A stretch of DNA of 62,470 bases, filler included, from Circinaria calcarea (Eukaryota): NCBI GenBank assembly GCA_051942165.1. It is 31 parts of 31 records of this genome, joined end to end, with 100 filler letters (N's around TTAATTAATTAA, not from the genome) between each part and the next. Parts side by side here need not be neighbours in the genome. Positions count along the whole stretch, not along the records: positions 50,519 to 52,428 come from JAVECS010004099.1; positions 52,529 to 54,438 come from JAVECS010004100.1; positions 54,539 to 56,448 come from JAVECS010004101.1; positions 56,549 to 58,456 come from JAVECS010004102.1; positions 58,557 to 60,464 come from JAVECS010004103.1; positions 60,565 to 62,470 come from JAVECS010004104.1; 25 more parts are not named here. The stretch is one strand, 5' to 3'. Each line of letters opens with the position of its first letter. Positions within the stretch are counted from its first letter, which is position 1. A program made the translations under genes and the position numbers. Below are positions 51,693 to 62,470 of the stretch, piece after piece. The notes under the pieces are model-generated. The model searched no databases, was not told where the DNA came from, and saw only the letters and a program-made list of their open reading frames with translations.

Positions 51693-52428
51693 CTACAATT
51701 GGGCCGTGGCAGCTGTCATCTTGGCAGGGTTTTCGATTTTGTACAAGATGTCGTAATGGCCACTGATACTGGTCAGTCACCAAGCAAGCTATATCCAGCA
51801 ACCGGAAGGTACCCACGGCAATCGATATAGCAATATAATAACCGGGGGGTTGGGGAACATTGGTTGGCCGTCAGGAGTAGTCGGCTCAAACCGAAGCGTA
51901 TTGACTTCCTTGCCAGGGCTGCGGTCAAGGTACAATATATCCACCGCAATCCCTGCGGGCTTGACAACCGCATCCAGGAGAGCATTCATGCCTATTTGCT
52001 CTATCTCGACCGAATGTGGGTTGATGTTGTGTTCACGGTACTCATCTACTGTCTGGTCGACCAGATAAGGTTCGTAGTCGTTCTTGTTCATTGTCATCCA
52101 TGCGCCGGTAATAGTCTGGGAATAGTTTCAGCTATAGCGAGATGTAAGTGGAGATATGCGTACTCGGAAATGCTGAATGATAGCAGGGCCAATGTCATCA
52201 TCGTTGAAGCTCGCTGCTAGTGCTGTACCTTCATCATCACAAGGCAATGACGCCGCACACTTTCTAAGTAGTGCGACAGTCTCTTCGACCCAATCACTGT
52301 AGGCAAATTCCTTGTATCCGACTTTGTCTAGAATACTGTTGAAAGATGTCAGGCGTTCTTCTTCCAGAGTAAATTTTGTTGGATCGTTCATGCGTAGAAG
52401 AGCCTCAAAGTAGCCGAATACTATGGCT
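51693..52428 (-). CDS. Otubain-like deubiquitinase (peptidase C65), partial, two introns; 3' end uncertain
   Basis: FGYFEALL, IIQHFR|TITGAWM, EIEQIGMNAL, DILYLDRSPG, LLYRLP|GHYDILYK. Confidence 0.85.
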
Positions 52429-52802
52429 NNNNNNNNNNNNNNNNNNNNNNNNNNNNNNNNNNNNNNNNNNNNTTAATTAATTAANNNNNNNNNNNNNNNN
52501 NNNNNNNNNNNNNNNNNNNNNNNNNNNNGTATATATAATAGGATTTATATATATAATAAATATCAAGAATAGGGGTTTATATTATGTGGAAACCAATAGG
52601 CGGAGCGGGTGAATTAACTCCCGCAGCATATATATAGTAGAGTTTTCTGTCATGTTATTCCATAATGAAGTCTGCACACATAAATTAGTACCATAACCAA
52701 TACAGCCTATTCCACCCTATATTACCCTTTATTTTCCACATCCATTATATTAGCTACGATTTTTTCCGCTTTTGTTATCGCGTTTATCTTTAAGTAGAAA
52801 TT

Positions 52803-52985
52803 TATTATGGCGCACGCCATACTATGGTTATATATATTAAGGGCCGTAACGGAGGAACTAGAAGCCGGGTGCTCCTAGTGCTCCCATGACTTAGCGGCAG
52901 GAGCAACGGGAGCATAGCACGTGACATGCTCCGGTCGCGCTCCCAGTGCTCCCACAGGGCATCAGTGGGGTTCTAACCTCAGCGA
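52803..52985. mobile_element. Possible degraded LTR fragment with GTGCTCC/GGAGCA subrepeats
   Basis: TATTATGGCGC (RIP form of TGTTATGGCGC), TATATATA, and the same repeat motifs as the family B LTRs; ends unclear. Confidence 0.45.
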
Positions 52986-53957
52986 CATTATCAATTTCGA
53001 AGGGAACTGCGTGAATCTCCCTAGGTAGCCACTGCGCCATTGCGGACATTGGCTGTAGCTGGTAGCTGGGAAGTCCGACCATTTCTCGGGTTCGCTTCCT
53101 GCAGACTAGTTCGCGCAACGGCATATATCAAGGGAGCGGACCTACAGATATCTAATCCATAATATACCTATCTTACCTCCTAAGTTGGTGGATAATTCGC
53201 CAAGAAGGTTAGGCTGGAAGGTCCGGAGGCATTCATTGGAGTGGGTCAGTGGGTTTGGTATATCCAGATAAGGTAGCTAGCTGGCACCTTTAGACAGCTC
53301 GTAAAGCTTGCCCGGATGTTTTTATATATCGTATAAATATATTGCGATGTTGAAATACGCGTGGGATTGTGCATGGGAATTGGGCGTGGAGCGTGTTGGA
53401 TGGGGGTATGGAAACTAGTTGGATGCAGGTATGGAAAATGGTCATAAATGCTACTAGAACTAGATAAGCTCCTCGGCTCCTTTAATTAGAGTAGTATCTA
53501 TCGAAAGGCGTTGTATTGGAAGTTCGGATAATGATCAGGTTTTTGTCAATGCTTAATATAAAGCTAGACTTAGTTTTAATCATCCTCGATTTCTATGGGA
53601 CGATGCTCCTCTTCATCTGCCCTCCCGAATGATGTAGCGCCAAATTCTGCTCGGAGCTCTGCCTTGTCAATGATACCACGCTTAAGTGGGGTGCTGTCCA
53701 CGACTAATATTATTGAGCGTGTACACTCTGCCTTTTAACCTAGTCTCGAGGCGCGAAACTCCGTTTGAACTTCATCCGTCTGGACGGCTTCTGACTCAAA
53801 AAAAATAACTTTCGATGCCGAAATTAATATGTACCCTATCCCAATCAACTTTTTCGTGCTCACTATAAATCTGGGTCCGAATTGTGGGAAAAGCAATTGG
53901 CTGGTGTCGTCTTGTTGTTCTTGGAAGGCATAAACCATGTCCTGTCTCTCATCAAAG

Positions 53958-54335
53958 TGTTACGTCCCTAAGCTTCTTAGGCAAAGGCAATACTAGTCAC
54001 TAATATAAGGCAGGGGCTCTGTAATATGCGCACGAGTTCTATACCAACGGTTGGCAAGTAAGAATGTGACAATAGAAGTATATTGCTACACTTGTAAGGT
54101 CTTGACCACACAGGTCAAATACTACGGAAAGGACTGAGACTATATAGGTCTTTCTGAGGTTACACGAACCCTCCCAAAAGGGGTGGACGTCGTGGACGTC
54201 GTGGACGTCGTGGACGTAGTGGACGTAACGACGTCCAGCACGCCCAGCACGTCCAGCACGTCCAGTACCAACAATACGCCTAGCCCGCGTACTGCTCCGA
54301 CCTCTTGGCACAGCCCTGCGGGGTGCGCCATTACA
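53958..54335 (+). mobile_element. LTR family A copy (378 bp), no TSD
   Basis: TGTTACGTCCC...GCGCCATTACA; similar to 437-822 up to TATATA at 54141; flanks CAAAG and TACTG differ. Confidence 0.9.
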
Positions 54336-54898
54336 TACTGAAGCCTTGGAAAAGTTATCAAATCCGCCCTTATGTGGCAATCGCTATCGGACGAAGCATT
54401 GATCAGCAGTGAAGGGCTCCCTATTGGTGCGATAGAAGNNNNNNNNNNNNNNNNNNNNNNNNNNNNNNNNNNNNNNNNNNNNTTAATTAATTAANNNNNN
54501 NNNNNNNNNNNNNNNNNNNNNNNNNNNNNNNNNNNNNNGTAGGACCCCAGTCACTCCTCCGGCCGACGTTAGAGCCTCTGTCTCGTAACTGTATATCAAT
54601 ACTCTAGCCTTGAGCTGCTGGTGTGGAAACAAGTCTCGTAGCCACAAAACATTTGTTTCTGGATCTGTCCATGTCTCGGCCGCAGTCTCGTAAAGACCAT
54701 GAACGGCGACGATACTTCAGATAATTAGATTGATGAAACCCGGATATCGGTACTCAGACTCAGCACATACTCAACTATAGGTACATCAGATAGTTCCAGC
54801 TGCGATGGTGATTCTGCCTCAGTGAGTTCCGTGATGGGCATGTTAAACGCTGATTATTAACGCATCTCAAAGAAGAATCTGCCCCCCGCAGCTGCTGC

Positions 54899-54994
54899 AG
54901 AAGAAGCAGAAGAAGAAGAAGAACAAGAAGAAGAAGAAGAAGTACAACAAGAAGAAGAAGAAGAAGAAGAAGACGAAGAAGCAGAAGCAGAAGC
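54899..54994. repeat. Imperfect (GAA)n/(GAAGCA)n microsatellite
   Basis: Directly visible. Confidence 0.95.
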
Positions 54995-56127
54995 ATAGTA
55001 AATCAGGCGAGATGGGTCAATGCCTCAATCGCCCATGATATGTGAGCTGTTAATTTTGCGCAGCAAGAGATGCACCTCTAAAGAATTGCGGCCCTTCCTA
55101 TTGGTGGAGGGGCAATGTTTTCAAACGGGTAAAGATAGCATCAGAAGCTGGTGATTCATACGCTGGGGGAGAAATCTTAGGAGGTATCTGTAGTGTCTTA
55201 TTTGACCTCCCTGTACAAACGCGCGCATGCACACCCCATGTACTTTGGTCGGGTGATTGACTTATCCACTCCATCAACCCAATAGGAAGAGCCCCACGAC
55301 CCTCCAGAATACGGTGTAGTGACAATCCCGTAGGGAACAGTAGTCTAGACAAGCCGGTAGTTCTCGGCTTACTCTAGAGTCCGAGCGGGTGGCGCTCCCG
55401 GTGCGCCTATCGAGTACTGTAGTACAGTGATTTGAAACTGATCCCTCGGAGGAAGGCTTGATTCGTTTACTCGCTGCCAGAAAACAGGAATGCTGTGCCC
55501 CAAGTCGGCTCGCATCGCTACATCCTCTCGGACCGAAATTAAGGTCACCTAAAAATGTGAGGGCGCCCCCTGAGCTTGAACATCGAAACCAGGAGGAACT
55601 GGAATACGGAGGTATGTTGAGATCAAATAGGACGTGAATACGTCGTCAAAACACATACTCGGGGGGTTTAGTTTTTCTTTGTCATGCTCGGAGGATGTTA
55701 GGTAGGCCCGGAATAACAGTTCTCCCAGCCAATCGATATCTCGTCTGCAAGGCCACCCCCGCCTGGCCTTACATAGCTTTATTGTACATCCACAACGGAG
55801 CTATGTTATGCTAGTGGACCTAGTGTGGCCAATACGGATGCACAGTTTCTGCCAGCTTGCCCCCCGTGCTTTACAGCATCGGGCTTAGCCCATCGGTGCC
55901 GTGCTCCCGAGCATCACAAATTTCTAGCCAAAAAAAACTAAACCCCCCCCCAAATTTATAGTTTCCTTGCTGTTGGTTAAGCTTTATATCTAGCCTATAA
56001 ACCTGCGTTCTTTATAAGCTTCTAGTGAGTAAACGCATCCAAGCATCGAAATAAGGCTATCTGCGTGCTATCAAGATCCGGCTCGCCTGGAGCCCGCAAG
56101 TGTCGCTTCCGAGCATTTCTTCCCAAG

Positions 56128-56448
56128 ATGAGACAGCTCGACCTCTTCATCGCCGTGTCAAGCTGCATTGTCGCCCTGTACGCCTACTATGCCATCAGCA
56201 AATACCGAGAACGTCGAGTATGGGTCCCAGCCCGCCATTCATTGGAAGGCATACGCTGACAAACGTCAAGGCTGACAGAGCAATTGGGGAACGTCATGGC
56301 TGTCTCCCCCCTCCAAGGCTTCAAAACCAGAGGCCCTTCGGGGTAGACCGCCTTGAGCAGATCTTCCGCGCGAATACCGAATCGAGATTGATGGAACTGT
56401 TCCTGTTCCACTTCCGGCAAACGGGAAGTACTCTTGAGCAAGTGTTTC
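56128..56448 (+). CDS. Cytochrome P450 (CYP52-clan, alkane-hydroxylase-like), N-terminus; intron 56218-56270
   Basis: Membrane anchor, then HGCLPPPRLQNQRPFGVDRLEQIFRAN; heme motif lies outside the contig. Confidence 0.75.
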
Positions 56449-57047
56449 NNNNNNNNNNNNNNNNNNNNNNNNNNNNNNNNNNNNNNNNNNNNTTAATTAA
56501 TTAANNNNNNNNNNNNNNNNNNNNNNNNNNNNNNNNNNNNNNNNNNNNGGGAGAGGATGAGAATGATAATGATAACGGGGGTGCGGAGGGAGGGTTTACG
56601 GCTGTTAATGGATAGGAATAACGGGTTCGAGAGTTTGGAGGACTGTTTCTGAGGCATTGGTTGTGATTTTGCTTGCAGATATGGAGCCGTGGGGTAAGAA
56701 AAGGGTCCATGAACGGGGATGATGTTAAGAGGGTGCGGCAAATTCCTGCATCAAGCCTGGAGTCTAAACATGGCAATTAACCCAGCCTTTGAGGATTTCT
56801 TGAGAGGGGAGAAGACGAAATGTAGTTTAGTATTTTATTTGCTCTGTTAATCTACAATTTCACAAATTCACAATTCACAATCCAATAAATCTAAATCCAA
56901 AAATTTCACAGAAAGGTCTGTAAAACTCGGGGTTACGTTGTCGGAAAATCAAAAAAATCAAAAAACTCGGACTTTTTAAGGGAGGAGGGGGGGGGTTTTA
57001 AGGAAGTTCAGCGCAAGGAAGGAGAGAGAGAGAAAGAGAGAGGTTTG

Positions 57048-57792
57048 AATGGGATGGGATGGGATGGGATGGGATATATCCCCGCGGGATTTAAATGGGG
57101 AGAAAGGGGGAGAAAGGGAATTAATAGAGACGTAACTAATATTGCAAAGTGCAAAAGGTAAGAAGTGAGAAGTGAGCAACGGGTTAATATTACCATACCA
57201 TAAATAAAGCAAGCAGGCAGGCAGGCAGGCAGGCAGGCAGGCTACCATATTTCCTCGCTTTTCCGCTTTTTTTAAAGAATAAGCCATACTTATAGCCAGC
57301 CATAGACACAGACACATACACGGACGCACGGAACAACAATAACAATAATCGATTAACATTACATTATATTCTAGTAATCGATCATGCAACCCACCACGGG
57401 AGTGAGTGAGTGAACTTCTATCCTTCGATCCCTTACCATATGGTATTTGGTACCAGTTCTAGCTTTTTACTAGCTAGTACCCCTTATGGTATATCCCGGG
57501 AGAGAGAGAGAGATAGATAGATGGATGGATAGATAGATAGATGGATGGATAGATAGATAGATGGATGGATAGATAGATAGATGGATGGATAGATGGATAG
57601 ATGGATAGATGGTCCGTCCTAGTGAGTGCGGGAAAAGGAGGGGGGGGGATTATTTCCGGATGCAAAGGTCTGTGGACCACTATCGATAGGGTTTTTTGGG
57701 GTGGTTGGATGCTGAAAAATGCTAATGGGTTTATTTACAATAGCTAAGCTAAGCTAAATTAAACTAAACTAAACCAAGCCAAGCCAAGCTAA
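57048..57792. repeat. Microsatellite cluster: (ATGGG)n, (GCAG)n, compound (GATA)/(GATG)n at about 57510-57612, pentamer run at about 57742-57792
   Basis: Directly visible tandem runs. Confidence 0.93.
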
Positions 57793-58015
57793 AAGCTAGT
57801 ATAGCCTTCCCTCCCTTCCTTCATGCTGATACCGACGATACCGATTGCAAAAAAACCCCCTCCCATAATCAAACCATGTAGACCAGATACCGGAACACCA
57901 TCGCTCAGCAAAGTTTGATGATTGAATGATAGTTGGGATGGGAAAGAAAGAGTTGCAAAGGGGGAAAGGAGGAGAGGGGAGAGGAAGAAGAAGGGGAAGA
58001 AGAAAAAAGAAAGGT

Positions 58016-58456
58016 TTAGTCGGCGCTGGCATAGAGATCGACCACGATGTTAATAGCCGCGACGAGGATCTCAGCAGCGATGAGGATGATGACTGGTCAA
58101 AAGAGAGAGAGAAATTAGCATAACGTAATGATTTTCAGCCTTTGAGTTTTTTGGTGCATAAGAATTGAGTTTTAAGAGTAGGGCAAAGGAAGAACATACC
58201 AATCCATTCCAGATACTCCCCATGGCTCGTCCTCACCTGATCCTTCAACACCGCCAGCAAATCCCCAAGCACATCCAGCCTCTCCATCAACAATCCCACC
58301 CGCTGGTCCATTTCCAGATAACTCCGCACCGCCCCGTACACGGGCTCCAGCTGCGGTTCGGCCCACATGAGCTCCGGGCTATCAAGCACGGAGCCTTGGA
58401 GGTGGATATTGATACGGAGGATAAAGAGTTCGCCGATTTTTTTATTAATGGAGAGG
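58016..58456 (-). CDS. RMD1: RMD1/Sif2-family (DUF155) protein, C-terminal part; intron 58093-58199
   Basis: IGELFILRINIHLQGSVLDSPELMWAEPQLEPVY...YLEMDQRV...HGEYLEWIV|IILIAAEI. Confidence 0.88.
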
Positions 58457-58850
58457 NNNNNNNNNNNNNNNNNNNNNNNNNNNNNNNNNNNNNNNNNNNN
58501 TTAATTAATTAANNNNNNNNNNNNNNNNNNNNNNNNNNNNNNNNNNNNNNNNNNNNTGAACCAGTTTATCAGGCGTTTTATCCGAAGGCCTACGCGCCTG
58601 TGATGTAGAGTGCCTGGTACCACTCGACCACCCAGGACTTGGTGAAATATTTACATCTTATAATAAGATGTAAACTCAACTTTTGAAAACATAGCGCGTA
58701 ACATGCACATGACCTGCACTCGCGTACAATTTGGTATATCTTCCTCGTTTGTTTTCATAAACATCCACATACATCTACCAACAATATCAAGGATTCTGGC
58801 TTGAACACTCGTTTTATTTCTTGATGTCCGGTGATACTTGCGCGATCTAG

Positions 58851-60112
58851 TTATGTCTCAATTTTCCACTGTGTCCATTCATAAACTTCAGCTGATGGGC
58901 GCCGTTCTGATGCAGTTTTTTGGCATATGCCTGGTGGGTATGGTAGGTCAACATATGCGCATTTCTTTGGGAAGCAGTTTGACAGACATACCTCACAGCT
59001 AATCCGAATACCTTCTTCAATACCAATACGCGGCTTAAATCCCAATATCTTCTCGGATTTAAGATTATTGCAGTACCTCGTCGCACAAGCGTCAAGCACA
59101 CTACCACTACTCAAAGTGGTCGGGTGACCTCTTAACCAGGTCACCCAATCTGCAAGATGACCTGCGAATACGGCAAGATCCTTGGGAATGTGGAACTCGA
59201 ACGGTGGATAATGTCCGAATTGAGCCCATATTGCAAGACATAGATCTCGGAATGGTACAGGCTCTTTGTTCGAGACGAAAATGGCTTCGCCGGCTGCAGT
59301 TCCCGACGTCACAAGGTTCTCGGCTGCTTGAACGTGGGCATCTGCACAGTTGCTCACGTACATTACATCCCAGAGATTCTCACCTGCATCCCAGTCTTAG
59401 CGAACCTAGCGGAAATGGAGAACCAAAGCGAAGGTTTCACCTGTGCCAATAACGAATGGCGTCTCATACTTTGCTATACATGCATGGATGGATGGGATCA
59501 AGTGGTGATCTTGTGGACCGAACAATACTGGAGCGCGTAGGGTGCAGGTAGCAAGAGTCTCGTCCGAGGCTTTCAGTACAAGCTCTTCTGCCATCGCCTG
59601 GAGCTATCAGTACCCTCATGGTTTTGACGTGGACAAGCACAGAGCACTACCTTTGACTCGCCATATATCAGGGAGTGGCTGGACGTCGGCCATGTTTCAT
59701 CCATGTTGGCATATTGATACCTCATATCATCGGTGACAGAGCATACACTCGATGTCCAGACGAAGGCCTTTGTGCCGTATTCCTTGGCTGCAGAGAGCAT
59801 ATTCCTCGTCCCTTCAACATTTACTTCAAAAACCCTTTCCCGAGACTTCCGCTCATAGCGGCTTGAAAGGCCGGGAATGAGGCCGGCAGCATGGATGATT
59901 ATGTCGGGACGGATTTCATCAGTAACAGCCCTAATATCAGCAAGACTTGTCACGTCCGCGATACGATATTCGACATTCCGGCGCGCATGCACTGGGTATT
60001 GCAGATCGAGAACGGCAACAGACCACTCAGGATGCTTTTCTTGCAAGGAATCAATGATGGCAGAACCCAGAAAACCAGTTCCACCGGTCAATAAAACAGA
60101 GATTGCAGCCAT
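58851..60112 (-). CDS. 3-beta-hydroxysteroid dehydrogenase / sterol-4-carboxylate dehydrogenase (ERG26-like), complete, three introns
   Basis: VLLTGGTGFLG, IIHAAG, VNVEGTRN, YGESK|AMAEELVL, LRAPVLFGPQD, YVSNCADAHVQAAENL, AAGEAIF. Confidence 0.88.
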
Positions 60113-60565
60113 GGGAAGCGTTATAGCAAGCAAGGTTCAGGAGGATCTTTAAAGAGAAATATGGATCCGTAAGGGCTTTCAGCACATTCGAGTACATGAC
60201 GTCGAAGATCTGAGGCCAGGCTTCACGGTGGACAATCCCGGCCTGATCTTAATGGATCGATGTCATACTGAGCACCATGTGTCCCCTACCTTCTATTTGG
60301 AGGGGGGGATGAATGTATCTATGCATATTCAGCATTCAGCCCGCCCGTCACCACTCGTTTCGAGTATCGAATGTTGGATACGGAGTATTCAAAATTCTTC
60401 CCACCATTATTAGTCAGCTCATGCAGGAAGATGCCAAGCCTTCTATCCCTTTGCGGGTAGAAGCNNNNNNNNNNNNNNNNNNNNNNNNNNNNNNNNNNNN
60501 NNNNNNNNTTAATTAATTAANNNNNNNNNNNNNNNNNNNNNNNNNNNNNNNNNNNNNNNNNNNNA

Positions 60566-61321
60566 TATTATACTTAAACAAACATAATCCATAACCTCAA
60601 CTGATCACAATACACCTTGTAAAGGACTAAGTTGTGAGTCAGGTAGAAATTTATTAATGTTACTAGTACCGGAATCAAGACTGGGTGTAGTACTAGTTGT
60701 AACAGATGTATTAGGTGAAGCGAATCATCCAGCGGCATAACTAAGACCTGCATGAATTACTCCTCCTGCTGCGGCACTAGCTACTATAAGACCACTTTTT
60801 TGTATTGGAGGAATACCGCTTTTTACCACAGCCTTACCAACCGCCCCTCCTACACCTACCATAGCTCCAGCTAAACCTCATTTACTTGCTACTGTGCTTA
60901 GACCCTGACCGAGAGCTCTACCAGCCTCTTCATTCATGGTAACATCGCCATGTAAATCTATGTTATTGCTACTATTGTCGCTATCTTTAATACAAAGGAT
61001 ATAGTCTAAACACACTAAGTTATTATAAATAAGTAAAATTAATACTACTAACATGGCAATAAATGAAAATATTTGGGTAAATTTTATTAAAGGGTTGCAA
61101 GATAAGTTAAAATCGTCTAAATAGTATAAGGTAAAACCAATTATCACTATTATATAAAATATGCTCATAAAAAAATAATTATTAACAATATAATAAGAAA
61201 TAAGCAAAATATTTGATAAACCTGAATTTAAATCTAATAATAAAACAGATAGATCAAATAAAAGAACCATTAGTATCATAAATAAAGCAAACTTGTTAAA
61301 TCTTTTTCATATAAGGCATAC
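60566..61321 (-). CDS. Non-cox3 hydrophobic, Gly/Ala-rich ORF in frame with the cox3 5' part (intron-encoded or inserted), 3'-truncated
   Basis: 252 codons without TAA/TAG in code 4; several transmembrane-like segments and GLAGAMVGVGGAVGKAVVKSGIPPIQKSGLIVASAAAGG. Confidence 0.8.
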
Positions 61322-61768
61322 ACCTGAAGATAATAAAATAACTGTATTTAATAAAGGTAATTCAAAAGGATTAATAGATTCTATACCCATAGGTGGTCAT
61401 TTAGCTCCTAATTCTATCGTAGGAGATAAAGCACTGTGGAAAAATGCTCAAAATATAGCTAGAAAAAATAAAGCTTCTGATACTATAAATAAACCTACTC
61501 CCATATTTAAACCCCTTTGCACAGCTAAAGTATGATTTCCTAAATATGTTCCTTCTGATATTACATCTCTAAATCAAAATGACATACAAGATATAACACT
61601 TATAAGAGCTAGGTATAATATATATACTCCATGCACAAATCCTTGAAAAGTTAATACAGCGCTGAAAGTAAGAGTAAGCAAAGAAAAACTTGTATTTAAA
61701 GGTCAAGGTGACGGGGATACCAAATGAAAGGGATGGGCTTGAAATAAACTTCTCGTTAAATTTGTCAT
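61322..61768 (-). CDS. cox3: Cytochrome c oxidase subunit 3, first 149 codons (genetic code 4; absent from ORF track)
   Basis: [23 protein letters not shown]...[16 protein letters not shown]...[23 protein letters not shown]...WPPMGI...[16 protein letters not shown]. Confidence 0.97.
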
Positions 61769-62470
61769 TTTTTTTTTTTAGATTTAAATTAGTTAGACTT
61801 TTAAAAAAAAAATTTTTAATAAAAAAAAGTAAAAATGTTGGTTAATCATATAAAATAACACATTTATATTGTTAAAAGAATGTAATTTTTATTTCCATAT
61901 TCAAATAGAATATTAATTTAGCTTATAAATGGTTAACTAGAGAGAATATTAATGAGAATAAATTGCTCTAGTTAGGAATAACTTTGAAAATTAGATTTGA
62001 TCTTTAAAAAATTCTTGATATCCTAAAGGAGATATGTAATTAGGATAAAAATGACAATAGATTGCCTCTCTATATCTATCCTTAAAATACGCCCTAACAT
62101 GCGATCTAAAGGTTCTTTTCACTTGGAGTACGAGTACCCATAGCTATCTCTCATGCAGAAAATCTAAAATTAAAGAGCGCTATCTTACTATTAATATCCT
62201 GTAAAAACCAGATAGTGCTTTTAGCATAAAATAAGTAGGATTTAAAACATTACATTTATGTAATGTATTATATTACAAATAACCTGTTATATTATTTAGT
62301 TCAGGTAATTGAGCTATATTATCTAGATTATTAATATAATCAAGATAAATAGTTATATGAGGTATAGCAACAGGAAATAATATTATTATATTTAATAGAA
62401 TTAATAACCATACTTCCAAACCTGTCGTCAGCTCTGTCCAAACCCTGGTTAATCAGGAGCTGATAATACC

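Larger units (their letters stand above)
60565..62470. other. Mitochondrial-type DNA contig (or recent NUMT)
   Basis: Very AT-rich, contains cox3 with TGA at conserved Trp positions, no spliceosomal introns. Confidence 0.9.

Noticed and set aside
14198..56448. PKS, MFS pump, P450, prenyltransferase and SDR as one biosynthetic cluster
   Set aside because: Each is on a separate unlinked contig; the prenyltransferase looks like housekeeping COQ2.
58650..58674. Palindrome TTTACATCTTAT-A-ATAAGATGTAAA
   Set aside because: Single AT-rich 12-bp pair with a 1-nt spacer and no supporting context.
61769..62470. Possible rnpB, tRNA or intron core upstream of cox3
   Set aside because: A GCTTAT-like and an AAAGTC-like motif lie on opposite strands; no cloverleaf or P7 pair found.

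Overview
This window is not contiguous genome. It is 31 unrelated contigs of about 1.9 kb (lengths falling from 1931 to 1906 bp), joined by an artificial 100-bp linker (N44-TTAATTAATTAA-N44, stop codons in all six frames). Gene neighbourhood across linkers therefore carries no information. The DNA is from a filamentous ascomycete (Pezizomycotina): short GT-AG introns with CTAAC/CTGAC branch points, RIP-mutated transposons, and one mitochondrial contig (TGA=Trp). Recognisable genes, mostly partial: GCN2, an SDR, a GNAT, OST3/6, PRP4, YOS9, a highly reducing PKS with a C-terminal carnitine acyltransferase domain, COQ2, histone H2A.Z, PAS kinase, MIP1, a YggS/PLPBP protein, F-box-like proteins, a NACHT/NLR-like protein, a HET-6-like protein, glucosidase II beta, DBF2, a Tri12-like MFS pump, ATP18, otubain, a CYP52-clan P450, RMD1, an ERG26-like enzyme and mitochondrial cox3. 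Mobile DNA includes two LTR families (two solo copies with 5-bp TSDs) nested in RIP-inactivated MULE and pogo transposases, and several MITE-like elements. The most unusual signals are four. (1) A non-coding tandem array at about 44.9-45.9 kb whose units keep the same stem-loops with compensatory base changes. (2) LTRs that match up to the TATA box and then carry copy-specific fold-back repeat modules of about 9-nt period. (3) The 5' part of cox3 reading in frame into a glycine-zipper-like membrane ORF. (4) An NLR-like protein carrying C2H2 fingers and an intron-split Zn2Cys6 cluster. All identifications are by eye and from motif knowledge; no searches were run.
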